DNA from: Antedon mediterranea
Taxonomy: Eukaryota; Animalia; Echinodermata
Assembly (NCBI RefSeq): GCF_964355755.1
Contig: NC_092675.1
Location: 20,866,912-20,930,911 of the forward strand
DNA length: 64,000 nt
Direction: 5' to 3'
Under the pieces are notes generated by a model. The model was given only the letters and a program-made list of their open reading frames with translations. It was not told the DNA's origin and did no database searches. This document shows, piece after piece, positions 25,701 through 39,473 of this stretch; position 1 is the stretch's first letter; every line of letters begins with the position of its first letter. A program made the position numbers and the translations under genes.

Positions 25701-28329
25701 CAGCATTTACACACTTTAGCAAATAACTTATAGTAAATACAAAATAACTAGAAAAAAATAACGTAACACAAAAACGTATTATCGTACTAATTAAAACATT
25801 ACAAAATATGAAAGATCATAATAAAATTCATATCATTAATAATGTTAATTTTATCGATTCAAAAATACTAGGGCCTAGGCCTATGCCAAAATAACAAAAT
25901 ATAAATCATTTGAAACAATAAATATACTGTATAGGCCTACACTAAAATATTTATTTAAAACATTTTTATTTTAACCACATCCAACACCGAAAAATCGCCA
26001 ATTATAGGATGCTTAAAAAATATTTAAATGTAGGCCTAAATAAAGACATAAAAACATAGCAAATACAACAAATTTACCTTGGATTTACCAGTAATATAAT
26101 ACAAAAATAAATATTATTAATCAAATGGTGATAATTGAGGTGTAGTGTAGAATAAAGAAGATTATTATTACTAATATTTTAAAAATATAATAGTTCAATT
26201 TTTCAATTATTCAAATCAAAATAATTAATAACACACATACTACACTAATAATAAATAGATAGAAGGTTTATATAAAAATTAACCATAAATACTTTCATAC
26301 ATAACTAGGCCTATTTTATATTAATGTAAGAAACGTTGTACAGCAGTTTAATATTCTATTTTTATGTGAGAACATCATGTAAAGCAACGACGGATAAAAT
26401 TCTAATAAACCGGGTTTCTGTCCATATAATATTACGGAAAATGTCGAGAAAAACAAGTCTGAGGTTAAAATAAAGATAGTTTTGGACAGAGAAGGCTGAT
26501 CACTTCCCGACTATGTAATGACCATATCTTTTGACATGCCTAGCCAGTTTCCGTGAGAAAAACAGAATATTATTAACAATTTTCCTTAATAAGGAATGAT
26601 AGTTTAACCATTAAGACCATTTGTAAACAGTAATACGAAGTATACAAAAACAGTTAACTCAATTTAAATTGGCATCATTTTGATCGGATGGCAAAGGTAA
26701 CTGGAGATGAATAACAAACAGAATGGCGTGGGACTGTAAACAGGTGATTGGATCGGTTTGACCAGTCGAGAAACAACAGAAAATAACATGCTTTTACACA
26801 AAAATAATATACAGAATCTTCGACGATTGTTTGTGTATAATTTTACATTAATTATAGTTTGTGTACTGAAAAGGATAGAAAATAAAATAAAATTAAGTAT
26901 ACAATTATTGTAAGTAAATAACAGTTTGTTTTGTTATCAGATTGATTTAATTATATTTAATAAAACAAAGTTTTAATGTCTCTTTCTTCATTAATCAGGC
27001 ATTAGCTGAATGTATGTATATGTATGAACTTTGTTCAATCAATCGTACATTTTTTTTGGTATTATAATGGTAACCATAATAACGTGTATTTACAGTGATT
27101 TTTACAAAAAGATATTAAATATAAAATATATACAGTGATTATTTACAGTAATGATAATAATAAAAATTAATTGAATTATATTGACTATTATTGAAAACAG
27201 AAGTTGAATAATAAAATACTGAATAGACCTAAATGTAGGTAATGTAAGTAGGTAAATAACATATTATTTTTATTATTACCATCAAATTGACGTGATATGC
27301 CTATTTGGCAGATTTTATTATTAACTTTAACTATCAGACAATTAAATACTCACACATGCATTATGATATTGTTAATTCGTCATAATTAAGCAATAACTGA
27401 TTAAGAAAGCATTGAAAGCTGTGATGATGTGTTTTAAAATAGAGTGTACTTGTCTTCGCACTCTGTGTAAGCCTTAGTGATGTTTGTCTTCGGGTCTAAT
27501 CTGTTTTCCGTGGGTTTTATCATTTCGTAAAGAAAATCCATATTTAAGCAAGAATTAATTAAACGATTTATTGAAAACGTTAGCGACGTACTTCACATAA
27601 GTATTACCCTGCCAATCATCCACTTAAATACGTCAATAGTTTTGCATAGTTGACCACAGTTCAAGTGATGTTAATACTTATCGTTGTTGCTTACATCAAT
27701 TAAGTGTCATTCGCCTGTGTCCAATGAGGTTTGTCTGCGTGTATTTATACGCACGCGTCTAAGCATTACGCATTAACTCTAAGCCAATAGCATTCGGCCG
27801 AACAAATCAATATACATAATTATTCATAAGGCAGCTTATAAGTAAATTGGTAACTAAAATCATACATGATATAACGTTAGCCAAAGAACAGGCTAAGCAA
27901 TTCAAATAGTATTACAATTATAATTATGTATTTTTTTAAACATGAAATTTCGAAAGCCAATCATAAGAAAACATGATCGATGTGATTTTTGGAAATGTCA
28001 CATGTCAAAAGTTTAAAATAGAGGTAGATTGACAAACTATTGTGAAAGAAAAATGATGATTTATATAGATTAGAATAGACAGCAGGATACTGTTTTCCCG
28101 ATAAATGAGTGAGCAAAAATTGATGGAAGATGTAAGGATAGGCGTGAAAAGCTTACCGATTATATCCACTGACTTTTTGTTTAAAAAAAAAAGAAGAGAT
28201 AGAAAAAAAGAAAGAAAAACGTAATTTTAATGTCAATTTTTCTCAATGTACAATGAAATGTTTTTTTAACAATTTTGTTCATCTTTTACTGTATACTCAT
28301 ATATAATCATGAATTAATTTATATCTTAC

Positions 28330-28878
28330 TTATTGTTACTTTTATGATTGAATTTCTATCTTGATAACATCTTTAAATGTCATAAACTTACAATATTTGA
28401 AACAATTTTGTCCAAAATTGGGGCCATTTTTAAATGGCTGCCAATCCTCCTTGCGTATGAAAAAAAAATGGAGCAAATAGTTTTTGGATTCAGTGATGTC
28501 TATTCTACAACATATCTAATTTTTACCAAATATATGTGAATAAAAGTTGAAAGAAATATTTGATTGATATATGTGGCCATTTTAGATAAAATGATGGCCA
28601 TATTGGATAAAATGGCAGCCATTTTGGGCATAATGGCGGCCATTTTGGCTTGTTCAGTTACAAAAATGATGTGAAATATTATTTGAACATTTATTGTTAC
28701 TTTTATGATTGAATTTCTATCTCGATAACATCTTTTAATGCCATATACTTACAATATTTTGTCCAAAATGGCGGCCATTTTGAAATCCCCCTTGCGTATG
28801 AAAAAAAAAAATGGAGCAAAATACTTTTTGGATTCAATGATGTGTATTCTACAACATATCCAATTTTTACCAAATATA
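28330..28878. repeat. Direct repeat of ~200 bp (period ~361) with a spacer of AAAATGGCGGCCATTTT palindromes
   Basis: 28330-28535 matches 28691-28878; the spacer at 28570-28650 has 3-4 ATGGC(GG)CCATTTT units. Confidence 0.85.
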
Positions 28879-31510
28879 GCAAAACAAAATGCAACTTATC
28901 ATATCGCTACATTTCATACTGGACTACGCTCCCCCTCTAGGAAGTGTAGACGATGGTTCTCGGAATGATAATGTTCTCCTTATACATTTTCTGTCGGTTA
29001 CCATTATTGAAAATGCTTGACATTCGTAAAACTAAACTACTTTGTTTCACAGTGTTTTAGATGATTAATAACATTTTAAAGTATAGTTTTTATTGTTTGG
29101 TAGGGCCCTTTGGGGAGGCGGAGGTCATTTGAGGGAGGTGCTTATTCGAGGGATATATGTTAAATTTTTTAGTTCTAATAATATGGTAACATTTATAATC
29201 AAATGAAATCCTCTTATAGATATGAAAAGTGGTAAAAAAGAATAACAAATGCTTGGTAAATTGCAGATAACAGTGCGGTGAATTCTACTACAAATAGTAT
29301 AATTCTGTTATCATAAATATGTGGATGGACGTTTATTAGATAGTTGGGTTGTGGGGGGGGGGGGGGGTTATTATTCAAAGTGATGTTTTATTGGAGAGGC
29401 GTTTATTCAAATGAATACCATCCTAATAATTATTAATACATTATTTAATTTAATCATCTTTTGAAACTAACTGCCGTGACAGAGTGGGCCCAAGAAAGAA
29501 TTAAGACATTACGGCTTGCAACATGGGCAGACATCTCGGTCCTAACGGGACACAGGAAGATAGCCTACAGTTATTCCTGCAAGCTTACTCAATAAAACTC
29601 AGCTATCGGGATTTCACTCGAAAAATGTCTTATCAAATCTCCCTATGTAATTTTATAATACTATTCCCCACAATATATTCTGATTCTTTATGGCGTATAT
29701 TTAATTTGATTATGTGCACTCTGCTGATAATATATAATGCAATGAGGACGATTGTTGTAAATTAATATTAATAAATTATAATAATAAACATACTACTTAA
29801 AACTACTTACCAATTATTTAATATCTAAATTAGTAAAATTTAAAACAAATATAAAATTGTGTTTATTTTAAAGTCCGTTCATGTATGGGAAAGTTTGTTG
29901 TTATGGTAATATTACAAAAATGAAAGGTTCACATTGATCACTGGTAAACACTAAACTTCACAACACAGCAAAATCATTGATAAGGTAAGACATTAAAGAA
30001 CCAGGATGTTATTCATTATAAATAGGTAGTAAGGCATGCTGAAAAGAGGCTAATTTGCGGTTCTTCACTCACCAGGAAACAGTGTACACTCTGGAAGGCA
30101 ATTTGTGACGCGATACAAAATGGTGAGTTAGAGATCATACAGTTTCACTGAATTCAATTATAAACGCCGAATGTCTATTCTAATTCACCTTTTAACATTA
30201 AAGTTTCTTTGTGAAGTTACGTCATTTTTTAACCGTTGTTAAAGACTTTTTAATATAATTTAACGTTATGTTTACTTCATTGAAGAAAACTTAATTACGT
30301 TAAAGCTGCATTGGATTTTAATTTTAGATAATGAATGTAGAAACTGAATATGTCACCTGGATAGGTGTTGGCCGGAGTGTTAAAATATATTTCCCCCGCT
30401 TGTTCGACTCATGGGAAAGTGCCTCCTTAACAAGGATGTTCCATAAATAGGGATGTCCCAATGGAGGGGTTATACAATACTATTACAGATTAAAGGAGAC
30501 CATAATTATAAACATTTAAAAAAAAAGCATAAATGATATAAACAATAATAATTTGATAAAAACGGTACTATAATTACCCAGAGTATTTTGTCATAAATAT
30601 TTTGCACAATTATATTTTACTTCAACCTTACTGTCAATAACAATAATTTACACATTTGGCATACCGTAGTTAGATAATTGAAAAAAAAAATGGGGGAGTT
30701 TAATAAACGTAATCACTCAAAATTACAAAGTGTTTGTTGTAGTCCTACAATGGGCAAAAGTATAACAAAATTAGTAAATTTATTTATATTATCTATGATA
30801 CTTATTTTTACTTATACTATACTAATTTCAGCTTTAATTATGGTTATAATTAATTTTGTTCTTAAGTATTACCTGTAATTATACGGTATGAAATATAATA
30901 AACATGGTCTTACATATCTTTAAACAAAAAGTCTTGCGAGGGAAAAATATTTGGCCTCATGTATAAATAAATAATATACTGTATAAGATCTATGGGCACA
31001 AAAAGACAAAAATACTCGATTGCATTTAAATTTGATGTTAAGAAATACAATATTAGTTTAATCTTTTTATATTAAATATTATTTACTGGTAAATTGAGAA
31101 GAAAGGGTCGCGCCGCCAGACTACGCAAAGCATAGTCTAAACAGGCCTAGCTTATGCGCGGATGCATAACTGGAACACGATAAACAAATACCTCACCTGT
31201 TTATATGTGTCCTGCACCTTTATTCAGAGATATCGCGAATCGTTCTTAGGCCTATAACATTTTAATTGATCTAATTTTCTATCGGAACAATGGAAGTTAA
31301 TTTGGGTCGGATTGCTAGATTATGGGATTGAAGGCTTAAAGGTTTAAGATCTGAATGCAAAAATAGGTTATCGAAAACGTGTGCTATGAAATATAGTATA
31401 GTTTGCTTGAAATTAGTAGTTTACTGTTTTCACTGGGAAATTATTACAAATAAAATGTGCCTTATGGTCTCCTATAATTATATATTTTTTTACGAGAAAA
31501 CAATTGTCAT

Positions 31511-31720
31511 TGTAAAACTAGGAACGCTTTCGATCGCAACGCGGTTGATAGTCGTGCAACCAAGCAAAGTTAGCCAGGAATAAATTCAGATACAACCTTT
31601 ACATTTATTAGGTTAGTGTAAAATTAGGAACGCTCTCGATTACAACACGGCTGAGAGTCTTGCAACCAAGCAAAGTTAGCCAGAAATAAATGCAGATACA
31701 ACCTTTAAATTGATTAGTTC
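31511..31720. repeat. Tandem duplication, ~106-bp unit x2
   Basis: TGTAAAA.TAGGAACGCT.TCGAT...GCAACCAAGCAAAGTTAGCCAG.AATAAAT.CAGATACAACCTTTA occurs twice. Confidence 0.9.
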
Positions 31721-31799
31721 GTGGAATTACACCTAGTTGAATTAGTGAGCAAACTAAACTACATTACTTAAACATTAGTTGTACACTCTTAAATGCCCA

Positions 31800-31919
31800 C
31801 TTTTTAGAAGCGTGCAAACGCGAATCTACAGCTCACTATGTCGGTAGGTTGGTCGGTTGTTTGGTCGGTAAACTCACATTTGAGCACGCGGCTGCAGCCA
31901 TGTACATGGCCTTGTTTTT
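31800..31919 (+). mobile_element. HINE/DINE-1-like (Helentron-associated) short element
   Basis: Starts TTTTTAG in a T-run, has a central (GGTC/GGTT)n microsatellite, and ends in hairpin GCCATGTACATGGC followed by CTTGTTTTT. Confidence 0.5.
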
Positions 31920-34900
31920 AGAAGGCACACCCATCCTCCTTACAGGCGCCACTCTGTTTTAAAGGCACACCCCTAAGAAAAGGCACATATGCCTACTAAA
32001 AAGTAACCACGACGAAAATGATGTCTTACATTTTTGAGTTGTGTTTGTCTCGTATGTAACGATCTCTCTTTTGTTTTATTCTCTTCGCAATTTTTCGTAT
32101 ATAATAATAGCCTATGAATAGATACAATATAATCATCGAATTCTATATATCGGTATGTTCAAATGTTTCAAATGGTTATTCCAAAATGAACGAACGGAAG
32201 AACGAATAGAATGAATGTATGGGGAGGGATGGACGGACCGACGTACAAAATGAACGAACGACCTAGGCCTACGAACGGTATTAGGTAAACCTTTATCAGA
32301 ATGTCTATGATTGTAGTAATGTATAGTTTTAGTTAAATATAACCGACATATAAAAGTATCAAACATATTATTTTATGTTGTTTACTATTTACAGTAAGTA
32401 TGTACAACAATCTGTTAAATTCATTCATACGTATTTACACCAAATCTGACTTGTTACAATTTCATAACGTTATGACGTTTATGCATAACGTCATTTTATT
32501 ATTTAATCACCCATAACGGAAAGTACGGTAACTAGCGCCATAACAATGTTATTCTATAACATGGGGAATCAATATTAACGGACATTTAAGATTTTAAATT
32601 CTAGTGTTGCATATCAAATTGCTAACAAAGAGATTAAAGGGAGATATTTAAAATGTACAAGAAAGACTTATTCATCTTTGGGAAAGGCTATACACCCAGA
32701 ACAGGGAATTATTTTTATGTTCACCCTTTTCATGTGTGTTTATATTTGCTTTATCCTCATTTGTTCATTCTTTATATTAAATTACCTTTATCTTTAAAAA
32801 ATAGATTATCGTCATATACTGATGTAAAATGTATAATTGTTTCTTTATCATTTTTTTTATGGATACCTTCTATAATTTATTTTGAGAAAGATATAAACGT
32901 GTGGTTTACCACACAAGAAAAAGATGGTCACGAGCAGGATTAAAATGATGGGGACGTGTGGAATATCATTCCCCGTAGTTATCGTTATCGTGATGATACG
33001 CGCTTTTGCACAATTAGCGCTCCATAGTAAGATTAGTGTGTGCCACTAATACTTAATACTAAGTCAATTTACGTAGGTCTTACGTCAAGATGTGTTAGTT
33101 ATTGTGCACCATGTACAAGTTGACAATGTTAATAAAGCTGATCATAATTCATTAACAGTAACGTTCGTTGATACGGACACACTGATTAAACAATCTTGTT
33201 GCATTTCTTAGCGCGATAAAAAAGAGGATCACTCGGATAAGAATGCTTATCATGCTAAAAAGTAGCTTCCTTAGTTATCTTCAATGTGCGCCTAATCTTA
33301 ATGCGTACGCCTGCTACAACAGGTCAAAGAAAGCTGACAATTGTGCCAGTATTCTCTATATTCTATATCCACATATAACATTAGCTATGCAATATCATAG
33401 CAAACTCTGTAATAAAGTTTCACATGTGTATCACATGTTTCAGCAGTATTGGGTTATGGTTAGGTTAGGCGTATATATGGTATTGATATATAATAGGCAT
33501 TGTGCATTACTAAATTTGCCTGATGCTGGAGAAAACAATTATTGTAGATACGAGAATCGGCCAGCATTTGACCCATGAATTAATAATAGGCCTACTACTT
33601 GCATGATAACACAGGTATAATGCACCTTTCCCACATTTAAGAGATCAATTCAATTTTTTCTCGAAAGTGTCGACTTAATTAAACTCCAGAGGGCGCTGCT
33701 GTCGATATGAAATTAAGAGTGATCTGACAACCTTAATATTTGGCTCCATATTTGACATTTATATTGTTTTTTAAAATATAATGTAAATATCAGTTTGACA
33801 TGATCTTCTGCTGGGCACTGACTGCATTAGATTAAACATGTTTTATCAATGTGCTATATGGCTTTTAAATCATATTTTATATGAATAATATATCAAATTG
33901 TACTAAAGTTCCTTAAAAGAAAAGATAAGACCGTATGTCCCGTGATCAGAAGAATATATACCAGTGGCCTATTCTACCAAAAATATCGGTGTATATATAT
34001 ATTATAAACTTCATGAGTTAATATACATATTCTATTTGAAAGTTTGTTTTTTTTCCTCTTTTGTGGCGTAAACACCACTTTTATTCACATTCATATATCT
34101 TCTTCACATAAAATCATATCATTTATCACATTTTTGTTAATTCCTAATGTCATTACAATTTGATAAACTTAATCAGTAACATTTTAAACTTTGTATTCAA
34201 TATTACCTCATTTTTTGCCATTAATTTTCTTATATTTTTCTATAATAGGCCTACACATAACACATTTCTATTTGAAAGTTAAGAATACAAGTTGAACTAT
34301 ATTAATTGTCCTAATTTGATGACCCTATCTACTGCACCCCTTCATCAGCCACACTATATTTACACTAGGAAACTTTCGATTTGTATTTTGTCTAAATTTT
34401 GTGTAAAAGGTCTTCACAAGAATGGCGTGAACGGTCCGATTAGGCCGGAATAGGATAGTGCTAATTGGGTCATACGTCTGGAAAGGCGTGAAAATTATAT
34501 GTATTCTCAGTAAATAAGTACAAACTAAACTGTATTCACAACATCTTTTTTATCTTGTAAGCAATCTTAATTAAAAGCAAACTTTTAAATAAAATCACCT
34601 AGAATTGCATAATCTAACGACACACTCCTTATCGACACAGGCAGCCAATTAGGGTTATTAAGCTTCTCCATGGCCACAAAAGTGAAGATAAGAACGAGTG
34701 TCAAGAATTCATATTAAAGAATTATATTAAAAAAATATTTTGTAAAAATAGAACCTGGATGTAAACCTGACCTGTTTGAGGTTATCTTCATTTCCAAATC
34801 TTTAAAATTGTTGTACAGTATTAATTAAAATAGATGTTAACACGATGAATCAATTATGACATTGGTACGGACTGCTACGTTACAAGTGTGAGAGTGATGG

Positions 34901-34946
34901 TAGGTAGGCATACTCACGTGGTAACTGGTAGAGTTCCGTATAAACC

Positions 34947-35295
34947 CAGTAAAACCACTATTAAAGCGTGGTTCCCACTAGCGACGCAACACAAGGACGC
35001 AACGCAACGCAAGTGAATTGACCAATCACAAGCGATGGCTTATTCGCTTGTGATTGCTAACTGTCTATAACTTCGCTTGTCATTGGTTAAAACGCTTGCG
35101 TTGCGTTTACGTCCTTGCGTTACGTTCTAGTGGGAACCAAGCTTTAGGGAACACCTTCAAGACCCAACAAGGTGACCTCTAATAGGGATGGTCCCTCAAT
35201 GGGAGTTGGCCCTAGTGTTAAAACATACATACTGCACCATTCCTTCTCACTTAACATGGTGTTCCCTAGAGGTATCCCAAACAGGGGTTCTATTG
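34947..35295. mobile_element. Old Tc1/pogo-like MITE family C (host of the family B insertion)
   Basis: Ends CAGTAAAACC / GGTTCTATTG-TA; internal AGGGAACACC and AATAGGGATGGTCCC motifs shared with copies near 1753, 3761, 30400 and 43840. Confidence 0.6.
34964..35144. mobile_element. Palindromic MITE family B (CCAAT-bearing), nested in a pogo-like MITE
   Basis: TIR AAGC(G/T)TGGTTCCCACTAG flanked by TA; the whole element folds back; internal GACCAATCACAAGCGA and its complement. Confidence 0.85.
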
Positions 35296-36088
35296 TAATA
35301 TCGTGTGCCTAATGTATTTGTTTCTTTTTAATATAAATATCTCCTTAGGAAAAATTTCCTCTCATTGACGCGTCCTTAGGATAAAACGTAAAGCCGCTGT
35401 TCCGAGTACTGCATATGCACGATACAGGTATATACACTATTCAAAAAGAGTAAGATGTTGATCATTTTTTTAAATTTTTTTCCCCTGCAGAATAACAAAA
35501 TCGTTTGACAACGCCCTAAACAAACAAACTGGTTTATGTTTTCAAATTGAGGTGAAGCTGAGAAAGATATTGGCATTTGTCGTGTGAACCAACAATCACG
35601 TTCCTGTTTTTGTTAAAATTAGAAAAAAAAAAAACAATAGAATGTTTACATTTCATTCAAAGTATGCCTATAAAATTCACAACATTCCATACAATTTAGA
35701 TAAAACAAATTATTGTTAATATGACAAAATACTTTTCAAGATGAAAAAAATAACATTCAGATAGAAACAAATTAAAACAAAGATAAAAATTGTTTATAAA
35801 AATACAATAAAAAGTAAACATTTTTGTCTATCTTCGTCTTTTAAACGCAAACAATGTTAACATTTGGAAAATATTAAAAGCGAGTATAACAAAAACTATA
35901 AACAATGTTTCAAAACAACACGCATTGGAATATTAAAACAAAAAACAACACACCAGGATCAATTTTAAATGGGTCAAACTCAGATATTATATACCATAAT
36001 AAAATGTAATTTCAAATTGATAGCGTTATCGCGGTGTTATTATTATAATTCGTTGTTTACAAATTGAAAATGATTGTTCTTCCAAATA

Positions 36089-36420
36089 TTTTTATTTTTT
36101 TTATTTTTTTTATTTTATGTCTTTAGGCAATGTGGCCAAGGATTACCAATAGTGAATTAATCACTGTCCTATCAGATAGGTGGTAATCCCCCTGATACAG
36201 GGGCTATTGTGTGAACCAGTTCACCGGGGTAACCCCCTACTCTTTTTCGAATAATGAACTGGGTTTCTTTAAAGTACACACAGGTTATAACTGTGTACAC
36301 TGGACCTACGGTTTATAGTCCTTATCCGAGAAGACTTGTTCCACCACCAGAACTAGGAGCGAGTCGGCCTCGAACCCTTGCCGATGTTGTTTATGACATA
36401 TGACAAATCATCACCACGTA
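36089..36420 (-). mobile_element. tRNA-derived SINE with Deu/Nin-type central domain
   Basis: Minus strand: B box GGGTTCGAGGC (36377-36367), then GTCTTCTCGGATAAGGACTATAAACCGTAGGTCC...TTCGAAAAAGAGTAGGGGGTTACCCCGGTG resembling the Deu/Nin SINE domain, then an A-rich tail at 36089-36118. The 5' end is approximate. Confidence 0.72.
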
Positions 36421-36869
36421 CGCTGAACGTTTTGCAAGTCTAACAAGACTCCTTCAATCAGAGCGATTATTGGCCTGTGTGTCCATAGACTTATTTAAAA
36501 ACCTAGCCTCTTACGAAGATTTAAAGCAGCATTATAGTAAATTCAAGTTTTAAGAAAAACCTACAATTTTTTTTATTTGCCACGAAATTGACCCTGACAA
36601 CGACCTGAAAATGTAGAGATAATGTTTGTTTCTGTTGAGAACCAGGAAGCATTCTTGATGTTGTAGATATCAGTTGTTAGTCATTACACCTGGGATCAGG
36701 AAAAGGTGCGATTATAATCTCAATTTGCTCTGATGGGACGGACCAACGGCTTAAACTTCTTATCCGAAAGACGGCACTGTAACTGTTCTCTCAACATTTG
36801 GAATGCATCAAATCTTGATGATCTAATAGTGGGTCTAAATGTTCCACACGTCACAATTCTTTCTCTTAA

Positions 36870-37194
36870 AGATGTATTGTCCCCCCAAAATATGAAAAAT
36901 GAAGATTAATTAAATCAGACTTTGAATGTTATTTTGTAGTTTTAACCAAGTTAATCACTTCTGTAGAAAAAAAACTAAAAAAAAATATTGTTTTCACTTA
37001 TAAAATGACAAAATAAATGGTTAAATTCAACAAAAAACCCATTGGCTGGCAGCCAATTTGACAATTTTTTACTTTAAATGAGTTTTTTCAGATAATTAAA
37101 CATTTGTTTTGATCCAATTTTTGGTTAAAGTGGATAACTATTACGTTACATTAAATTTGTTAGGAATTATTTTTTTCAGGGGGACAATACATCT
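36870..37194. mobile_element. Kolobok-like MITE (325 bp)
   Basis: TTAA TSD (36866-36869, 37195-37198); TIR AGATGTATTGTCCCCC with AG...CT (RR..YY) termini. Confidence 0.82.
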
Positions 37195-38531
37195 TTAACA
37201 AAATAAAAAGGTTGTGTTCAGGTTTTGCTATCAAGTCATGTTGAGGAAAGTCATCCTGAGGTTCTGAGGAATTATTGATAATAAATAAAATAAAATAATG
37301 CTAGTTTCGCGTATTGTTGAAGCCGAATAACTTTGTTTACTTTGGCCATTTTTATTTTAATGATAATAAAATGTTTTTAAATTTAAATATTCGTTCAATT
37401 TTTTATCGCGATCGCGATCGTAAAGTAGGCCTACTTTGAGGTATGAAAAAAACCCATACAGGATGAACGATTTATTTGTCCTTACCTTAAGCTCTCTCTT
37501 TACCCAATAGACATGGATCAACGGTACAGAAATGTGACCCACATCAGCGAAATTAGGATCCTAGGCCTAAAACTCTGAAGTACAGTACCAGGGAAAAGTG
37601 AGTCTAATAATCTCACTCTTCCCTGAGTATATCTTAAGTTATATCAAGGATGTTATCGCAATGATTTCTATGATGACTAAGACATTTACTTTCACCTATG
37701 ATTCCGGTACGCGCTACAACGTTATTACTCCTAGTTATTGTATAACGCTCCTTTGACAATTATTAATTTGATCATAAATGCTAACCGACTATCTTTTCCC
37801 GTAGCAATGGTTAACCTTCAAATGCTGATAGCATCTTAAAACGTCACCCTAGATTTTAGCCTAGTTTCACTGTAAACACACGATCATCTTATTAGCAATA
37901 AACAACAACAGGTAAATAAACAGTAATAACATCATAATTTAAATCATATTGATAATTGATATTAATAACAACGAATGTGTAAACAATTATGTAACAATAA
38001 TTATGCAAAACTGAAAATACAAATGAATAACGATACGATAAATGTTGATAATAAAAGATTCTTTTATTTTATCTATCTGCAAAGGGCGTTGGTTGCGGGG
38101 GAATAACAAGGGGTTAAAGGTTAAGAATAAAATACGAAAGGGTCGCTAAGGCGAAATTAGATCAGTTTTGATTTAAAGGATTTTTTGTATATTAAAATAG
38201 ACGTATACATGGTACATAATATAGCAACGGTGATAATAATAAATCAAAATCTCCAATCAATTAAAGTTATTAATAGTGACATTTTATAATGTCATTGGGG
38301 TAAATTTATTAAATTACATTTATATCAAAACCATTATAATTAATCTTTACAAATAATTTAAATATACTTACAAAAATTGATACAATAAAAAAATTACGAA
38401 ACACAGAAAAAATGCTTTTACGAATAATATTTTACGAAGTATTTACGCAAAAGGGAAATACAGTATTTATTGTATCTCAAATCATACCATGATGTATACA
38501 ACCCACTGTAGGATGAAAGCCTCTCTCTATT

Positions 38532-38564
38532 CATGGAGGAAAACACATCATTTTTTCCTTCATG
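38532..38564. other. Mini-hairpin with near-perfect 7-bp TSD (probable P-type excision footprint)
   Basis: CTCTATT | CATGGAGGAAAACACATCATTTTTTCCTTCATG | CTCTAAT. Confidence 0.62.
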
Positions 38565-39473
38565 CTCTAATTATTAGTAATTTAAAACACGGTGAAATAT
38601 TTGTCCATGGTAATAATAATATTATTATCTCAAACCTGGTATCTTTTCAGGTTTGAAGATTATACAAACTTATGAAAAAATCGAATAATGTAAATATTTA
38701 TACAAAGAAGGTGAAATCAGTAAACAAATCGAGAAAGACTTTCCGTTGTTAAACTTAACACCTTCCGGTTACATATTTACCTGGATGGAACACAATCTTA
38801 CAAAATACACACATTTCCGGGAAATAGAATTTGTACAAATAATATAATAACGAATTTTGTAATATTTTATAATAAAACATTAACAAAAAATTCATCGACA
38901 ATGGACAATTACACCATGCTTAGGTTTACACTGAATAAAAATATATATAATGTATTGGATTATAAGAAATTAAAGTTGACGTTATTGTATTTTTCTGATG
39001 AAAATATCAGTGTCATTGGGTTTTAAAACCATGAACTCTAAATTAACGAGATGGAAGCCATGGATCGAAGTTTCAATCTTTATTTGGAAATCCATGATCA
39101 AAATTCAATTCAATTCCGAATTCACATTTATTTAGCCATCGTTTATAATTACAATTTCAGTATAATTGATGGCAAGGATGCTGCATGAAGAAGTTTACAA
39201 TTCTGTTTTTGCAGAGCTCTTTTAAATAAAACACCACAATATATAAATTAAATATAAGTTAGAAATAAACGACATAAAGATCGAAACGTCGAATCATGGC
39301 TTCCCTCTTGTTATTTGGAGTCATACTTGCGTCATTGGGTTAAAAAAAAATGTTTCAAATTTTTTTGGGCGAAAATTACGTTATAATTCGAATGGGTTTC
39401 GGGCGTATGTTAATATCTACAGATAAAATAGAGTACTCATACGTTTAAGGCCAAAACTCTAGCGGCTAGCAAT

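Noticed and set aside
29353-29367. Poly-G run as a functional G-quadruplex
   Set aside because: An isolated homopolymer within decayed repeat sequence, with no supporting context.
39277-39295. GATCGAAACGTCG (and CCGAAGAAG..CGAAAC near 44322) as Penelope-type hammerhead ribozymes
   Set aside because: The CUGANGA core and pairing stems are missing.
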